This document shows, one piece after another, positions 29,896 to 39,692 of a stretch of 64,000 nt of DNA. Made by a program: the position numbers and the translations under genes. Every line of letters begins with the position of its first letter. The stretch's first letter is position 1. The notes beneath the pieces were generated by a model, which had not been told where the DNA came from, searched no databases, and was given only the letters and a program-made list of their open reading frames with translations. Source of the stretch: a virus (lineage: Duplodnaviria > Caudoviricetes); the IMG/VR virus record IMGVR_UViG_3300033075_001536, positions 1 to 64,000 of that record. One strand, 5' to 3'.

Positions 29896-30537
29896 ATGAG
29901 CAAGTATAACAGAACATATCATTTACCATGGAGTCCAGGATCAACCAATGATGATCGTATATCCAAAAGTGTGGAATCACTTTTAGGAATAGACATTGTT
30001 ATTACTGAAAAACTGGATGGAGAAAATTGTGGAATCACTAGAGGTGGTGTTTTTGCAAGGTCTCATGCTGCTTATACAAGCAGTCCTTGGAGTGTGGAGG
30101 TTAGAAAATTACATCAAAGAATTGGAAAAGATATTGATGAGGATGTATTTTTGTTTGGTGAGAATATGGAGGGGATTCATTCCATCGAATATTCTAAATT
30201 AACTTCTTATTTTTATTTATTTGGAGTTCGAGATGGATCTATCTGGATACCTTGGGTTAATGTGGAGGAATATGCCTATCTATTAGATATTCCAACAGTT
30301 CCGGTCTTGTTCAAAGGACAAGTTCAAACCGAAAAAGAATTAAGAGATTTGGTTGAGAGCTTTGTGTCTAAGTCATCTAAACTTGGTGGAAAAATTGAGG
30401 GTGTGGTGGTCCGTAATGCTGGTATGTTCCATAACGACCATTTTTCGGAAAATGTGATGAAGTGGGTTAGGGGAAGCCATGTACAAACAGATATTCATTG
30501 GACCAGAAATTGGAGAAGAGCTAAAGTTGCATTTTAA
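29896..30537 (+). CDS. ATP-dependent RNA ligase family protein
   Basis: KYNRTYHLPWSPG, TEKLDGEN (motif I), GEN, EGVVVR, KWVR. Confidence 0.85.
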   Translation: MSKYNRTYHLPWSPGSTNDDRISKSVESLLGIDIVITEKLDGENCGITRGGVFARSHAAYTSSPWSVEVRKLHQRIGKDIDEDVFLFGENMEGIHSIEYSKLTSYFYLFGVRDGSIWIPWVNVEEYAYLLDIPTVPVLFKGQVQTEKELRDLVESFVSKSSKLGGKIEGVVVRNAGMFHNDHFSENVMKWVRGSHVQTDIHWTRNWRRAKVAF

Positions 30538-30558
30538 ATATAATATATAATTTTAAGC

Positions 30559-30957
30559 ATGAAAAAAATTAAATCATTTGAAGAATTGAACTGGTTTAGA
30601 AAAAAATCCGAGGAGCCAAATATCGATGTTGAATCGGATAAAAATGTTCGATCAGCTTTTGAATCCATCAAATCCACATTTAAACCAGAAAAACTTACCC
30701 TTAAATCAAATGCTGATACAGATGATGAGGAGTGGTTTAAAGAATTTACCTATAAAATAACAGAGTCTTACAATTTTGTATTGTCTAAAATGAGTAATTT
30801 TGATTTATTTAGCTTTAGAAATGCAAATAAGATAAAATATACTATTAAAATAGGCTCTAAAATCGTTGAATGTTCTGACAAATTGTGTGAGGAAATGTTT
30901 GAGTTCTTTAAAGATGAGTACAATAAGAAGAACAAAAAATCTAAGGGTGGAATTTAA
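30559..30957 (+). CDS. Hypothetical protein with CTS-like N-terminus
   Basis: MKKIKSFEE; AATATATA 30542-30549. Confidence 0.7.
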   Translation: MKKIKSFEELNWFRKKSEEPNIDVESDKNVRSAFESIKSTFKPEKLTLKSNADTDDEEWFKEFTYKITESYNFVLSKMSNFDLFSFRNANKIKYTIKIGSKIVECSDKLCEEMFEFFKDEYNKKNKKSKGGI

Positions 30958-33479
30958 ATCTTAAATATTACCCATTCCGTAATAATATATTTACTTAACT
31001 TACTTTTAACTCCTGAAGATTTTGTAAAATTATAGTATTTTTTGGCAAATATACTTGCGATATAGTCTACCGAACTCCACATATCTAATGTTGCTTTTAG
31101 CTCTGGAATTTTCATATCCCACGAAGCAATTTTGGAAGCTAGTTTAATACATTCTTCTTTTTGATTTGTTTTGTATAGAAAGATAAGAGTTGGTTGTAGT
31201 TCCTTTATTCTAAGTGTGATAAATTTTTCGTTTTTAAAACCACCATCTGAATAATTATAGTTTTCACAATTATTTTTCATATGAGAAACCTCTTCCACAT
31301 AATCATTAAAAGAATCTCTATCAAAAATAAACATACTATCTTGATAGTAGTATTCCTTTCTCCTATATCTTCTTTGTCCTCCTCCGTGGTAATCAATTCG
31401 ATTAATATCCTCCAAATTCATACTAGTTATGAAAAAGTATATCTTTTTTCTTTGTTCTATACTTAGAAAATATTCAAATGGCTCTTTTTTATTTGTTGGA
31501 TAAGAAATACATTCACTTAATTTTCCAATAAAGTTGGTATTTCCCCACAAAGGAAATTCCAATTTTTTTAGCTCATCCAATTTATCGAGTTTAGAGTATA
31601 GTAAAATGGTGTTTATATTTATGGTAATTTTATTATACGATTTATTAAATCTATCCAACTTATCCCATCTTTGCACATGTGTTTTCCATTTGTTATAAAA
31701 TTCTTTACACTCACTTTCATATGGATATTTATTTCTAAATAATCTTTCAATTTCTTGGTTATAATCATAGACATCATTTACCTCTTTGACAGCAGATAAT
31801 TGATCACTAGTTAAAAATCCTTTTAGTTTATCAAAATTATAATCTCTGAAGTAATGTTTATTATCTTCCCAATTTTTAAAAAATATATCTCTATATTTTT
31901 CATATCCTAATTTTTTTAATGATTTATATGCATCACAATCATAAGAACGAATATCTGTTAAAAATTTTAATATAGTTTTTTCATCATCAAGATCAAATCC
32001 CATATATCGAATAGTTTGGAATATTGGTTTAATTTCATACTCACTAAATCCATCACGATCACTTTCTACTATTTCAGAAACCTCATATAATGTGCAATCC
32101 TTTGAAGTAACATTATTCCATATAAGATTAAATAAAGTTAGCTCTAGTGAATATTTATTTTGATCATCTCTATCAGAAAATATTCTCTTTTCTCCGACTT
32201 TGAAATTGTCTAATTTATTTTTCCACTTGGTATCTGATATAATTTCTGGTTTACCACCACTTACTATTTTATTAAATCTTTTCTCATAATACAATTTAGA
32301 TATATTTTCACGAACAAACTTTTCAAATTTTGGGTTGGTAATATAGTTGATGATGTCATTTAAGTAAAATTGGTTACATCTTAATAATAAGTTTTTATTC
32401 AAAATTTCTTCATCACTATACTCTTTTAACTTTTCTCTAGTGATTTCAGATTTATCCAATAGATTCCATTTTTCTATTTCTTCTTTTGAGAATTGATTTA
32501 AATCATTCGGTTTATAGGAATTTTTATTTTTAATAATTTCTTGTTTTGTCCAACCATATTTTAATAAGATAAAAACAGATGCCTTTTGCATGTCAATGGT
32601 GTTTTTATTAATGAAGATACTAAGATTTAATCCATACTCAGATAGTAATTTTGATAGATTTTCTTGAGAAACACTACCATCGTTTATATTGTGTGCTGTC
32701 TGAAATGGGTCACTATCCGTTCTACTTAGAGCATAGGTTATTCCTATCTTTCTATTCAGATCTTCTCTGTTCAATAAAAACAAAATAAATTGATAGCAAG
32801 TTTTATCATAGACATAACTTTTAAAAGTAGCATCATTTTTAATGCACCACGCTGAATCACCAGCTAAGATTCTAATTTCCGAAGCACTATATACTCTAAC
32901 TACTAAAACATCCTTTTCTTCTGAGTAATAAATAACATCTGATCCAATTTCTTTACACTTTTTTATAATATCATTTGCTTTTGCATTTGGATCAACCTTT
33001 AGAAAGTTTTTTAATCCTTCTATTAAATCTTTTCTATTTTTATAAGAGGCAATTTTTCTAAAAAATGTAGAACTATCCTTTCGTTTGGATAGTTGACTAA
33101 GTAAATCACTATCCTGTTTAGTTTTTATGAAGCTTTTTTGTAGCTTTGGAAATTCACTGTAAATATGGTGGATACTAGAGTCCAATTTTAACTTCTCTAT
33201 CTCATCAATCACCTCTTCAATAGTATCATATTTAATAAGTGGCTTAGGAAATTTATTTATTTGTGACTGGCTTTTTTGAATAACATCAAAAAATTCTATT
33301 AAGTCTTCAACACTATTATTCTTTTCATATCTAAGATGTGTGAAAAATCCAATATATCCTGGATTCTTTTTTAAAAGCTCTCTTATTTTTATGAAATCTG
33401 GATCAGTTTCAAAAATCGATTTATTTTTTAAAATAGATCTTGCCTTATTAATATCCTCAAATAATTTTATAAATTGCAT
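30954..33479 (-). CDS. Large hypothetical protein with CTS-like N-terminus
   Basis: 841 aa; MQFIKLFED; SAWCI motif; AATATATA 33485-33492. Confidence 0.75.
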   Translation of the reverse strand: MQFIKLFEDINKARSILKNKSIFETDPDFIKIRELLKKNPGYIGFFTHLRYEKNNSVEDLIEFFDVIQKSQSQINKFPKPLIKYDTIEEVIDEIEKLKLDSSIHHIYSEFPKLQKSFIKTKQDSDLLSQLSKRKDSSTFFRKIASYKNRKDLIEGLKNFLKVDPNAKANDIIKKCKEIGSDVIYYSEEKDVLVVRVYSASEIRILAGDSAWCIKNDATFKSYVYDKTCYQFILFLLNREDLNRKIGITYALSRTDSDPFQTAHNINDGSVSQENLSKLLSEYGLNLSIFINKNTIDMQKASVFILLKYGWTKQEIIKNKNSYKPNDLNQFSKEEIEKWNLLDKSEITREKLKEYSDEEILNKNLLLRCNQFYLNDIINYITNPKFEKFVRENISKLYYEKRFNKIVSGGKPEIISDTKWKNKLDNFKVGEKRIFSDRDDQNKYSLELTLFNLIWNNVTSKDCTLYEVSEIVESDRDGFSEYEIKPIFQTIRYMGFDLDDEKTILKFLTDIRSYDCDAYKSLKKLGYEKYRDIFFKNWEDNKHYFRDYNFDKLKGFLTSDQLSAVKEVNDVYDYNQEIERLFRNKYPYESECKEFYNKWKTHVQRWDKLDRFNKSYNKITININTILLYSKLDKLDELKKLEFPLWGNTNFIGKLSECISYPTNKKEPFEYFLSIEQRKKIYFFITSMNLEDINRIDYHGGGQRRYRRKEYYYQDSMFIFDRDSFNDYVEEVSHMKNNCENYNYSDGGFKNEKFITLRIKELQPTLIFLYKTNQKEECIKLASKIASWDMKIPELKATLDMWSSVDYIASIFAKKYYNFTKSSGVKSKLSKYIITEWVIFKI

Positions 33480-33500
33480 TTGAGTATATATTAAACAAAT

Positions 33501-34163
33501 TTAATCGTTAATATAAGTGAATTTTGGATTGGCTCTAAAACTAATCCCAATACAATCTGTTTTTCTACCTGGGTTGGAATAATACTGTGCTCGACCAACC
33601 ACTAATTTTTCTCCCTCAATTTCTAAGTTATTTATCACATCAGTAATTCTTTGAACTTCGGTAGAATTCCCCCTATATCTTATATCTGAGTCAATTTGTC
33701 CAGATGGGTATTCACCCTCAAATGTTGAATAGGTTCGACTCATGTGAAGATTATAATTTCCACCAACTACTTTCTTAAATCTACTAGAAACAATTCTAAC
33801 ATCATTTCCACGAATCTGATAAAATGATCCCTCTTTGAATCCAATTCTTATTTTTAGATGTAAGTTACTACTATATTCATGAAAATAAGCTGGTAAATTT
33901 GGATATTCTTCTTTAAGTCTATCATAAGCAACTTTAAATTCGTCTATTACCTTTATATTTTCTTCAAATGCTTTAAAATATTGATCTATATTTCCTTCTT
34001 CAGATGGATGTAAACTAACTTCAATAGTAATGACCCCATCTTTTTCATGGAAATATCCCAATTTTTCATCCACCATATCCTGGAATATATTTCTTATCAT
34101 GGACACCATATCCTCAGTAGATGAAGATTCCAAAAATTTTTTTATTTTATTTCTGTTTTCCAA
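33501..34163 (-). CDS. Hypothetical protein of the expanded domain family
   Basis: KIKKFLES; IRNIFQDMVDE; YDRLKEEYP. Confidence 0.7.
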   Translation of the reverse strand: MENRNKIKKFLESSSTEDMVSMIRNIFQDMVDEKLGYFHEKDGVITIEVSLHPSEEGNIDQYFKAFEENIKVIDEFKVAYDRLKEEYPNLPAYFHEYSSNLHLKIRIGFKEGSFYQIRGNDVRIVSSRFKKVVGGNYNLHMSRTYSTFEGEYPSGQIDSDIRYRGNSTEVQRITDVINNLEIEGEKLVVGRAQYYSNPGRKTDCIGISFRANPKFTYIND

Positions 34164-34536
34164 AGTAAAGTGTTAAATATTTTTGTGTGAAGTAATCATC
34201 TCCATCATCTGTTGAGAATCCTCCAAATGTCCATCCATCACCAACAATTCTATCTTTTGATTCAATAGAGGTGGTCATTAATTCTGCTAGATTTTCAAAA
34301 TCTTTTTCCAACTCATCATTATCTGAATTACCATAGATAATTTTAATGGATAGAGAGAGGTATGGGGGATGTCCTTTAACATCCGATAAAGTACACTCAA
34401 CTATAATCTCTGTATATCCTAAATCTAAAATGTCTTGTAAATATTCTTCTAGATTTGGAATTTCCTTTAAAGATCTATTTGTTTTATAGTCTTTAAATGT
34501 TAATCGATTAAAATTTTCAAATAGTTTAATTTCCAT
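34147..34536 (-). CDS. Hypothetical protein of the expanded domain family
   Basis: MEIKLFEN; YLQDILDLGY; SKDRI. Confidence 0.7.
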   Translation of the reverse strand: MEIKLFENFNRLTFKDYKTNRSLKEIPNLEEYLQDILDLGYTEIIVECTLSDVKGHPPYLSLSIKIIYGNSDNDELEKDFENLAELMTTSIESKDRIVGDGWTFGGFSTDDGDDYFTQKYLTLYFGKQK

Positions 34537-34571
34537 TAAATCTATATATTAAGTATTTTAATATATAAATT

Positions 34572-35018
34572 ATGTCTAAAAAAGTAGATAGGTTATCCCA
34601 AATTGTTCCAGAAGTTTTTCCCAATATGGTTCGTACCTATAATGGGTTGTTATACGATGGAAATGGAAATTTAATAACAGTCTTATCCCAATTATCATAT
34701 AAAGTTTACACCTGTCTATTAACACAAAATGCTACATCAGACCCAACAGTTGTTGTCTTAGAAAATACAATCGGTGATATAAAATGGATAAGACATTCGA
34801 GTGGTGTATATCATGCATATTTAATAGATGCTTTCCCAGAAAATAAGACTTTCTATTTTTCACAAGCTACACAAAACAACACACCTGATAACGTTTGTGT
34901 CTATATGTCTAGAGGAAATAATGATATAATATCTATATCTACTTTATGGCAAGGATCTGGTGAAATTGATGGTTGGTTATTGAACACTCCTGTTGAAATA
35001 AGGGTTTATAATACCTGA
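34572..35018 (+). CDS. Putative virion structural (beta-rich) protein
   Basis: YKVYTCLLTQ..VLENTIG..PVEIRVY composition; AATATATA 34560-34567. Confidence 0.5.
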   Translation: MSKKVDRLSQIVPEVFPNMVRTYNGLLYDGNGNLITVLSQLSYKVYTCLLTQNATSDPTVVVLENTIGDIKWIRHSSGVYHAYLIDAFPENKTFYFSQATQNNTPDNVCVYMSRGNNDIISISTLWQGSGEIDGWLLNTPVEIRVYNT

Positions 35019-35197
35019 GATCCCTCTTGATTTTGCTCTAATCCATTCAAATATTCTTGAACTTTGTCTTTGTGAATAATTTCATCGGACCATTTGTAAG
35101 AGGTTCCTTTTTTTCTAGCTACAATTACCTTGACCCAATCTTTGGATCCTTCTTGTGTCTTTCTACCGGTATTTGCGTTTTTTGATACTTTTGCCAT
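35006..35197 (-). CDS. DUF4295-family protein (bL38-like ribosomal protein)
   Basis: MAK start, EGSKDWVKVI, SYKWSDEIIHKDKVQEYL match the Bacteroidota DUF4295 pattern as recalled; size fits. Confidence 0.65.
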   Translation of the reverse strand: MAKVSKNANTGRKTQEGSKDWVKVIVARKKGTSYKWSDEIIHKDKVQEYLNGLEQNQEGSQVL

Positions 35198-35210
35198 AAT
35201 TTCTTATATA

Positions 35211-35801
35211 TTAATTTTTTTCAAACTCTTTAAAACTTTCCACATGTTGAAGTTGATATCTTTCCTTCATTCTATCAAGAACCCCATTAATTTGTGAGAG
35301 TATATTGAGTTGTTTTTTATTTAGTTGACGAAGTTCAATAAGTTTTGAAACAATAAATTTTGTCTCATTAAAATATTTTGTTCTAAATTTATCCGAAGCA
35401 GTTGGGTGATCAGATATATTTTGAAGTCTATCACACAATTTAATTAAAAGTGCACCATCCGACATATTAATCATTTTATGTAGAAGATAATTTGCTTTTC
35501 CAACTGATTTAATTTTTTTGTCCGAGGATGAAAGTTCTTGTACAATATCAGCAATTTCTTTTCCAAACTCTTTTAACAAAACTTCATAGGTCACATCATC
35601 AACATCCTCTATTGAATCATGGAGTAAAGATGCGGCTCCTAAAATTGGATTGGTATCTACTCCCTTTAAAATTTGAAAAACTTTACGAACATGTCCATCA
35701 AAATAGGACATTTTTGTGAATTTTCTATTTACACCATGATGGGCTTTAATTGCAAAGTCCCAAGCTTTCTTTTCTAAGTCTGTAATTGGTTTGACTGCCA
35801 T
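35211..35801 (-). CDS. HD-domain small alarmone hydrolase (SpoT-HD/Mesh1-like)
   Basis: FAIKAHHG..RK...Y...H, LLHDSIED, FGKEIADIV.ELS, IKLCDRLQN. Confidence 0.85.
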   Translation of the reverse strand: MAVKPITDLEKKAWDFAIKAHHGVNRKFTKMSYFDGHVRKVFQILKGVDTNPILGAASLLHDSIEDVDDVTYEVLLKEFGKEIADIVQELSSSDKKIKSVGKANYLLHKMINMSDGALLIKLCDRLQNISDHPTASDKFRTKYFNETKFIVSKLIELRQLNKKQLNILSQINGVLDRMKERYQLQHVESFKEFEKN

Positions 35802-35852
35802 TAACTATATATTTATTTAAAGATACGGAAAATTTTCTTTAATATATAAGAG

Positions 35853-36146
35853 ATGATGTCAAAAACCGAAATGGATGAACTTTTTAAATCAGGTAAGAAA
35901 TTATACTCACCTTTGATTAAATTAGTTTATTTACCAGCTGCTGAAAAAGAGATAATTATATCTGCACCAATACGGACATTTAAAAGAGCTGTAGATAGAA
36001 ATAGAATTAAAAGACTCATTAGAGAATCTATCAGAAAGATGGAAATTGGTAAATATCATCTAGCTATTATCTATATTGGAACTAAAGTGGAATCATTTGA
36101 AAATATAAAAGCTGAATTAGAAAAAATTATTCCTAGAATAAAATGA
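35853..36146 (+). CDS. rnpA: RNase P protein component
   Basis: LFKSGKK and RNR motif FKRAVDRNRIKRLIRESIR; 97 aa, basic. Confidence 0.9.
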   Translation: MMSKTEMDELFKSGKKLYSPLIKLVYLPAAEKEIIISAPIRTFKRAVDRNRIKRLIRESIRKMEIGKYHLAIIYIGTKVESFENIKAELEKIIPRIK

Positions 36147-36715
36147 AATATTTGAGGAAATTTAATGAAGCAATTATGACTTCTCTTGACAAAATAAAAT
36201 CGGAAATTGATGATGTTTCTTATATTTTAGAAGATGAAAATCTCAATGTGCGCTCTTTTAGAAGGGGCTCAGAATATGTTGTTATTAATATAATAAACCC
36301 CGAATTAAACACCAATGGATTTGTAAATGCTCCAGGATATGTTCCCACCCCAACTAGATGGGATAAACGTGGATACCTCAAAAGAAGTTGGTTAAAATCA
36401 TTAGCCTTTAACGATGCTTTCGTTGAATTTATCGATCGTGTTGATGAAATTTGCAAAAAGAATGAATATGTTATTTTTGTTAATGGGTGTTCAAGTAGAT
36501 TTAAAGGGGATGATGAGATTGTAAAGTATTATAATTTTGATGAAATGTATATTGGTTCAAAAAATAGACCATTTACTCACATTGAAACTTTTATTGATGT
36601 TAAGAAAGCTATTAGAAATGAGCATAGATGGGCATATCCTGGAAAAATCGATAAAGGTATTAAATGGATAAATAAAAATATAGTTTATCCAGCAGCGGAT
36701 CTTATTGGAATTTAG
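36143..36715 (+). CDS. YILEDEG-family protein
   Basis: MKYLRKFNE; EIDDVSYILEDEN; FVEFIDRVDE. Confidence 0.75.
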   Translation: MKYLRKFNEAIMTSLDKIKSEIDDVSYILEDENLNVRSFRRGSEYVVINIINPELNTNGFVNAPGYVPTPTRWDKRGYLKRSWLKSLAFNDAFVEFIDRVDEICKKNEYVIFVNGCSSRFKGDDEIVKYYNFDEMYIGSKNRPFTHIETFIDVKKAIRNEHRWAYPGKIDKGIKWINKNIVYPAADLIGI

Positions 36716-36724
36716 TTTAATGAT

Positions 36725-37040
36725 ATGATTGAAAAATATTTAAAATTTTTTGAAAAGTTAGGAGATGGTGAGTTTTATAAATTCTCTAAAACTATTAATG
36801 AGTATAGATATATTTTAGAGGATGAAGGATTTGAGGTTGAAATTATAGACTCATCGAGCTACTAACTTCAATTCGGATGAACTTTTTGAATTTATGGATA
36901 GAATCCAAGGAGATCTTCCTGATTATGAAATTGTTGCTGATCCACCACTGCCAGCTTTTGAAAACGAAATATTTGGATCTCTCTATGTAGATAGTATGAC
37001 TAATAAAAAGTATATTAATGTTTTCTTTAGAAAAAAATAG
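36725..37040 (+). pseudogene. Frameshifted YILEDEG-family gene
   Basis: MIEKYLKFFE...RYILEDEGFEVEIIDSSSY* continues in another frame as NFNSDELFEFMDRIQ...FFRKK*. Confidence 0.65.
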
Positions 37041-37051
37041 ATATATAGATT

Positions 37052-37474
37052 ATGATTAAAAAATATTTTCAATTCTTAAAAGAGCAAGATGAATTTGTGG
37101 ATGACTCTATTAATTTAGATATTCCTAAAGAAGAGGAAAAAGAACCCAAAGAAGAAAAGTCATCTTCCAATTTTGAAGAAGTAATTTCTGGAATAAAAGA
37201 ACTTATTGAAGGAACGGTTGAGAAATCTGGTGGAGAATTTGAAACACTTAAAGATTCATTTTTAAAAGATCCAAAAGAAATTAAAATAGAAGGACTCATC
37301 AATGATTCGGATGTCTATGATTTTTATTTAAAATACAGAAATGATATTGATGAGGTTCTAGGTGATATTAATTTTTATGATGAAGTTCCTTCAGAAATGA
37401 ATACATTTGGTCTATATGAATATACCATCAAAGGCACTATGAAAGCTGTTGAGGAATTTGTTAAAAAAATGTAA
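37052..37474 (+). CDS. Acidic protein with CTS-like N-terminus
   Basis: MIKKYFQFLKE; E/D-rich. Confidence 0.75.
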   Translation: MIKKYFQFLKEQDEFVDDSINLDIPKEEEKEPKEEKSSSNFEEVISGIKELIEGTVEKSGGEFETLKDSFLKDPKEIKIEGLINDSDVYDFYLKYRNDIDEVLGDINFYDEVPSEMNTFGLYEYTIKGTMKAVEEFVKKM

Positions 37475-37477
37475 TTT

Positions 37478-37915
37478 ATGAAATATTTAACCAAATTTAA
37501 TGAATCTGATTATTTAAAGATAGGAGATGTAAAATCAACTCCAGTGGATGTTTCAAGTGATTGTAAAAAATTTTTAGATAAATATTCTAATAAGTTACGA
37601 GGGTGGAAAAATGCTCTCGAATCTATAAATAATTTATCCACCAAATACCCAACACCAACACTCGATTATAGTTTTTATATTATCAAATCATATGACTGTG
37701 AAGGAAGATATGTTACTGGAAATATTGGTTATGAAAGAGGTGTTAATAAGTCACATGCCAGACTTAGATGTGCTCTTGATCATGGATTTGAGGTATTTGC
37801 AACTGGATTTTATGATGCTGATAAAATAGATATTGATAAAGAAATATCCGGAGCTTTAAAAAATCTAAAAAATGCTCAAAGTAGAGTAGAGAATCTATAT
37901 CGACTAAAAGAATAA
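37478..37915 (+). CDS. Hypothetical protein with CTS-like N-terminus
   Basis: MKYLTKFNES. Confidence 0.7.
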   Translation: MKYLTKFNESDYLKIGDVKSTPVDVSSDCKKFLDKYSNKLRGWKNALESINNLSTKYPTPTLDYSFYIIKSYDCEGRYVTGNIGYERGVNKSHARLRCALDHGFEVFATGFYDADKIDIDKEISGALKNLKNAQSRVENLYRLKE

Positions 37916-37916
37916 A

Positions 37917-38639
37917 CTATTTATTCAACACTTCTTTATTATAATACTCTTCAAATCCCTCCAACATATTTGAAACAGATGGTGATTTATCCAATCCGAT
38001 AATTTCATCCACTAATCCAAATTTCAAAGATTCATCAGAATTATACCAACGGTCTCTTCTTGAAAATTCAAGAACTTCATCAAATGTCTTTCCGCAATTT
38101 TTAGCTAAAATTTTAAATAAAATATAATTATACTTTTCTGCTTCCATTTGATTAATTCTGGTATCTTGGACATTTCCTTGAGTTCCATGACTTACCTGAT
38201 GTGTCATTACCTTTGAATAAACCAAGGAAGATCTTTTGCCTTTAGTTCCAGAGGATAACAATACAGATCCCATAGAAGCACACATACCGATATTGACGGT
38301 GGCTACATCCGAACTAATATAGTTCATAAGATCAACAATTCCTAGACCACACAAAACAGAACCACCTGGAGAGTTAATATAGAGAGTTATATCTTTCTTT
38401 TCCACATTATCTAAAAATAAAAGCTGCGCCTGAACAACATCTGACATATATTGATCAACAACTCCAGATACCCAAAGAATTCTATCTCTCATGAGTCGAG
38501 AAAAAATATCCATTTGTGTAACTCTCATTTCTCTTTCTTCGAGAATATAAGGTGTTAATGAGGTTTCAAATTGGTCTAATACGATTGAAGAAATTCCTTC
38601 ACTTTTTCCGAATTTTTTAAAATCTTGTCCTAAAGTCAT
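37917..38639 (-). CDS. clpP: Clp protease proteolytic subunit
   Basis: TPYILEER..QMDIFSRLMRDRI, YINSPGG, CASMG (Ser), THQ (His), RDRW. Confidence 0.95.
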   Translation of the reverse strand: MTLGQDFKKFGKSEGISSIVLDQFETSLTPYILEEREMRVTQMDIFSRLMRDRILWVSGVVDQYMSDVVQAQLLFLDNVEKKDITLYINSPGGSVLCGLGIVDLMNYISSDVATVNIGMCASMGSVLLSSGTKGKRSSLVYSKVMTHQVSHGTQGNVQDTRINQMEAEKYNYILFKILAKNCGKTFDEVLEFSRRDRWYNSDESLKFGLVDEIIGLDKSPSVSNMLEGFEEYYNKEVLNK

Positions 38640-38677
38640 TTAATTTATTTTAAGGTGTGAATAATAATATATAATAG

Positions 38678-39166
38678 ATGCGATATATCAAAATGTTTGA
38701 ATCTTTCTCGAAAAAATTTACCGAAAGAATAAGTAATCTTGAAAAAGAGGCTATGGACGATCTAATGGATTATCTCTATGATATAAAAGACGAATTTCCA
38801 GATGTGGATATATCCAAGGACACTTGGGCGAACAATAAGTGCTTTCAAATTGAAATTAAATTTAAAGTATCTGATTTGGAAAAATTTAAAAATCTTTTTC
38901 ACGAAGGCATATTTGATAGAATAAAAGACGATCACATAGGAACCGAAATAATATATAGCGTCAGTTTAGAATGGTATAGCAATGAGTCAAATAGTTGGGG
39001 AAATTCTTTTATGTCTAGTAAGTCTATAAAATTATCAAATCCACTTGATGATTATCCAAACTATTCTATGGATATAAATTCACTATTAAATGCAATGGAT
39101 AAAAATAAAGTGATAGAGACAAAATCATCAACCCCACTTTTCAATATTCAAATACATATTATCTAA
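38678..39166 (+). CDS. Hypothetical protein, paralog of 22782..23228
   Basis: MRYIKMFES; FHEGIFDRIK; AATATATA 38666-38673. Confidence 0.7.
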   Translation: MRYIKMFESFSKKFTERISNLEKEAMDDLMDYLYDIKDEFPDVDISKDTWANNKCFQIEIKFKVSDLEKFKNLFHEGIFDRIKDDHIGTEIIYSVSLEWYSNESNSWGNSFMSSKSIKLSNPLDDYPNYSMDINSLLNAMDKNKVIETKSSTPLFNIQIHII

Positions 39167-39602
39167 ACCACCCAATAATTATTTGCCAAGTATCATAGTG
39201 TAGATGAAAATGGTTAATCACCAAATAAGATGAGGCAATAATTTTTACCCAAACTAGTTGTAGAGATATTAATTTTGAAATAGGTTCTGTATTAATTTTT
39301 AATTTTAGTAGATTGGATAGAATAGTATATAAAATAAGTCCCAAAAACACATACCAAGATCCAGTTAAAACACCACAGACCAACCATATAAAATCAATTA
39401 TATCAAATAGTGAATAAATACTAAAATCAGAATATTCTTGTTCACTTCTGAAATCTTCTCTAACTGGTCTTTTACCAGTAACCCTTTGGTATTTCTCAAC
39501 CCATTCTTTTACATTATAAAAGGATCCAAATTTAGAAGCAATACTAAATAAAACCAAAACGATAAGAAGTCCGATAGCATAGTAGATGTGTCCTAAAAAC
39601 AT
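39159..39602 (-). CDS. Multi-pass membrane protein
   Basis: 3-4 hydrophobic segments; AAAC-N17-TATAA upstream. Confidence 0.7.
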   Translation of the reverse strand: MFLGHIYYAIGLLIVLVLFSIASKFGSFYNVKEWVEKYQRVTGKRPVREDFRSEQEYSDFSIYSLFDIIDFIWLVCGVLTGSWYVFLGLILYTILSNLLKLKINTEPISKLISLQLVWVKIIASSYLVINHFHLHYDTWQIIIGWFR

Positions 39603-39692
39603 AGATGTAATTTATAGAGATAAAACCAAATTTGTTTTAATAGAAAGAGAATTGCATTTTAATATATAATTAAAAGTTTTTAACTCTAAAAC

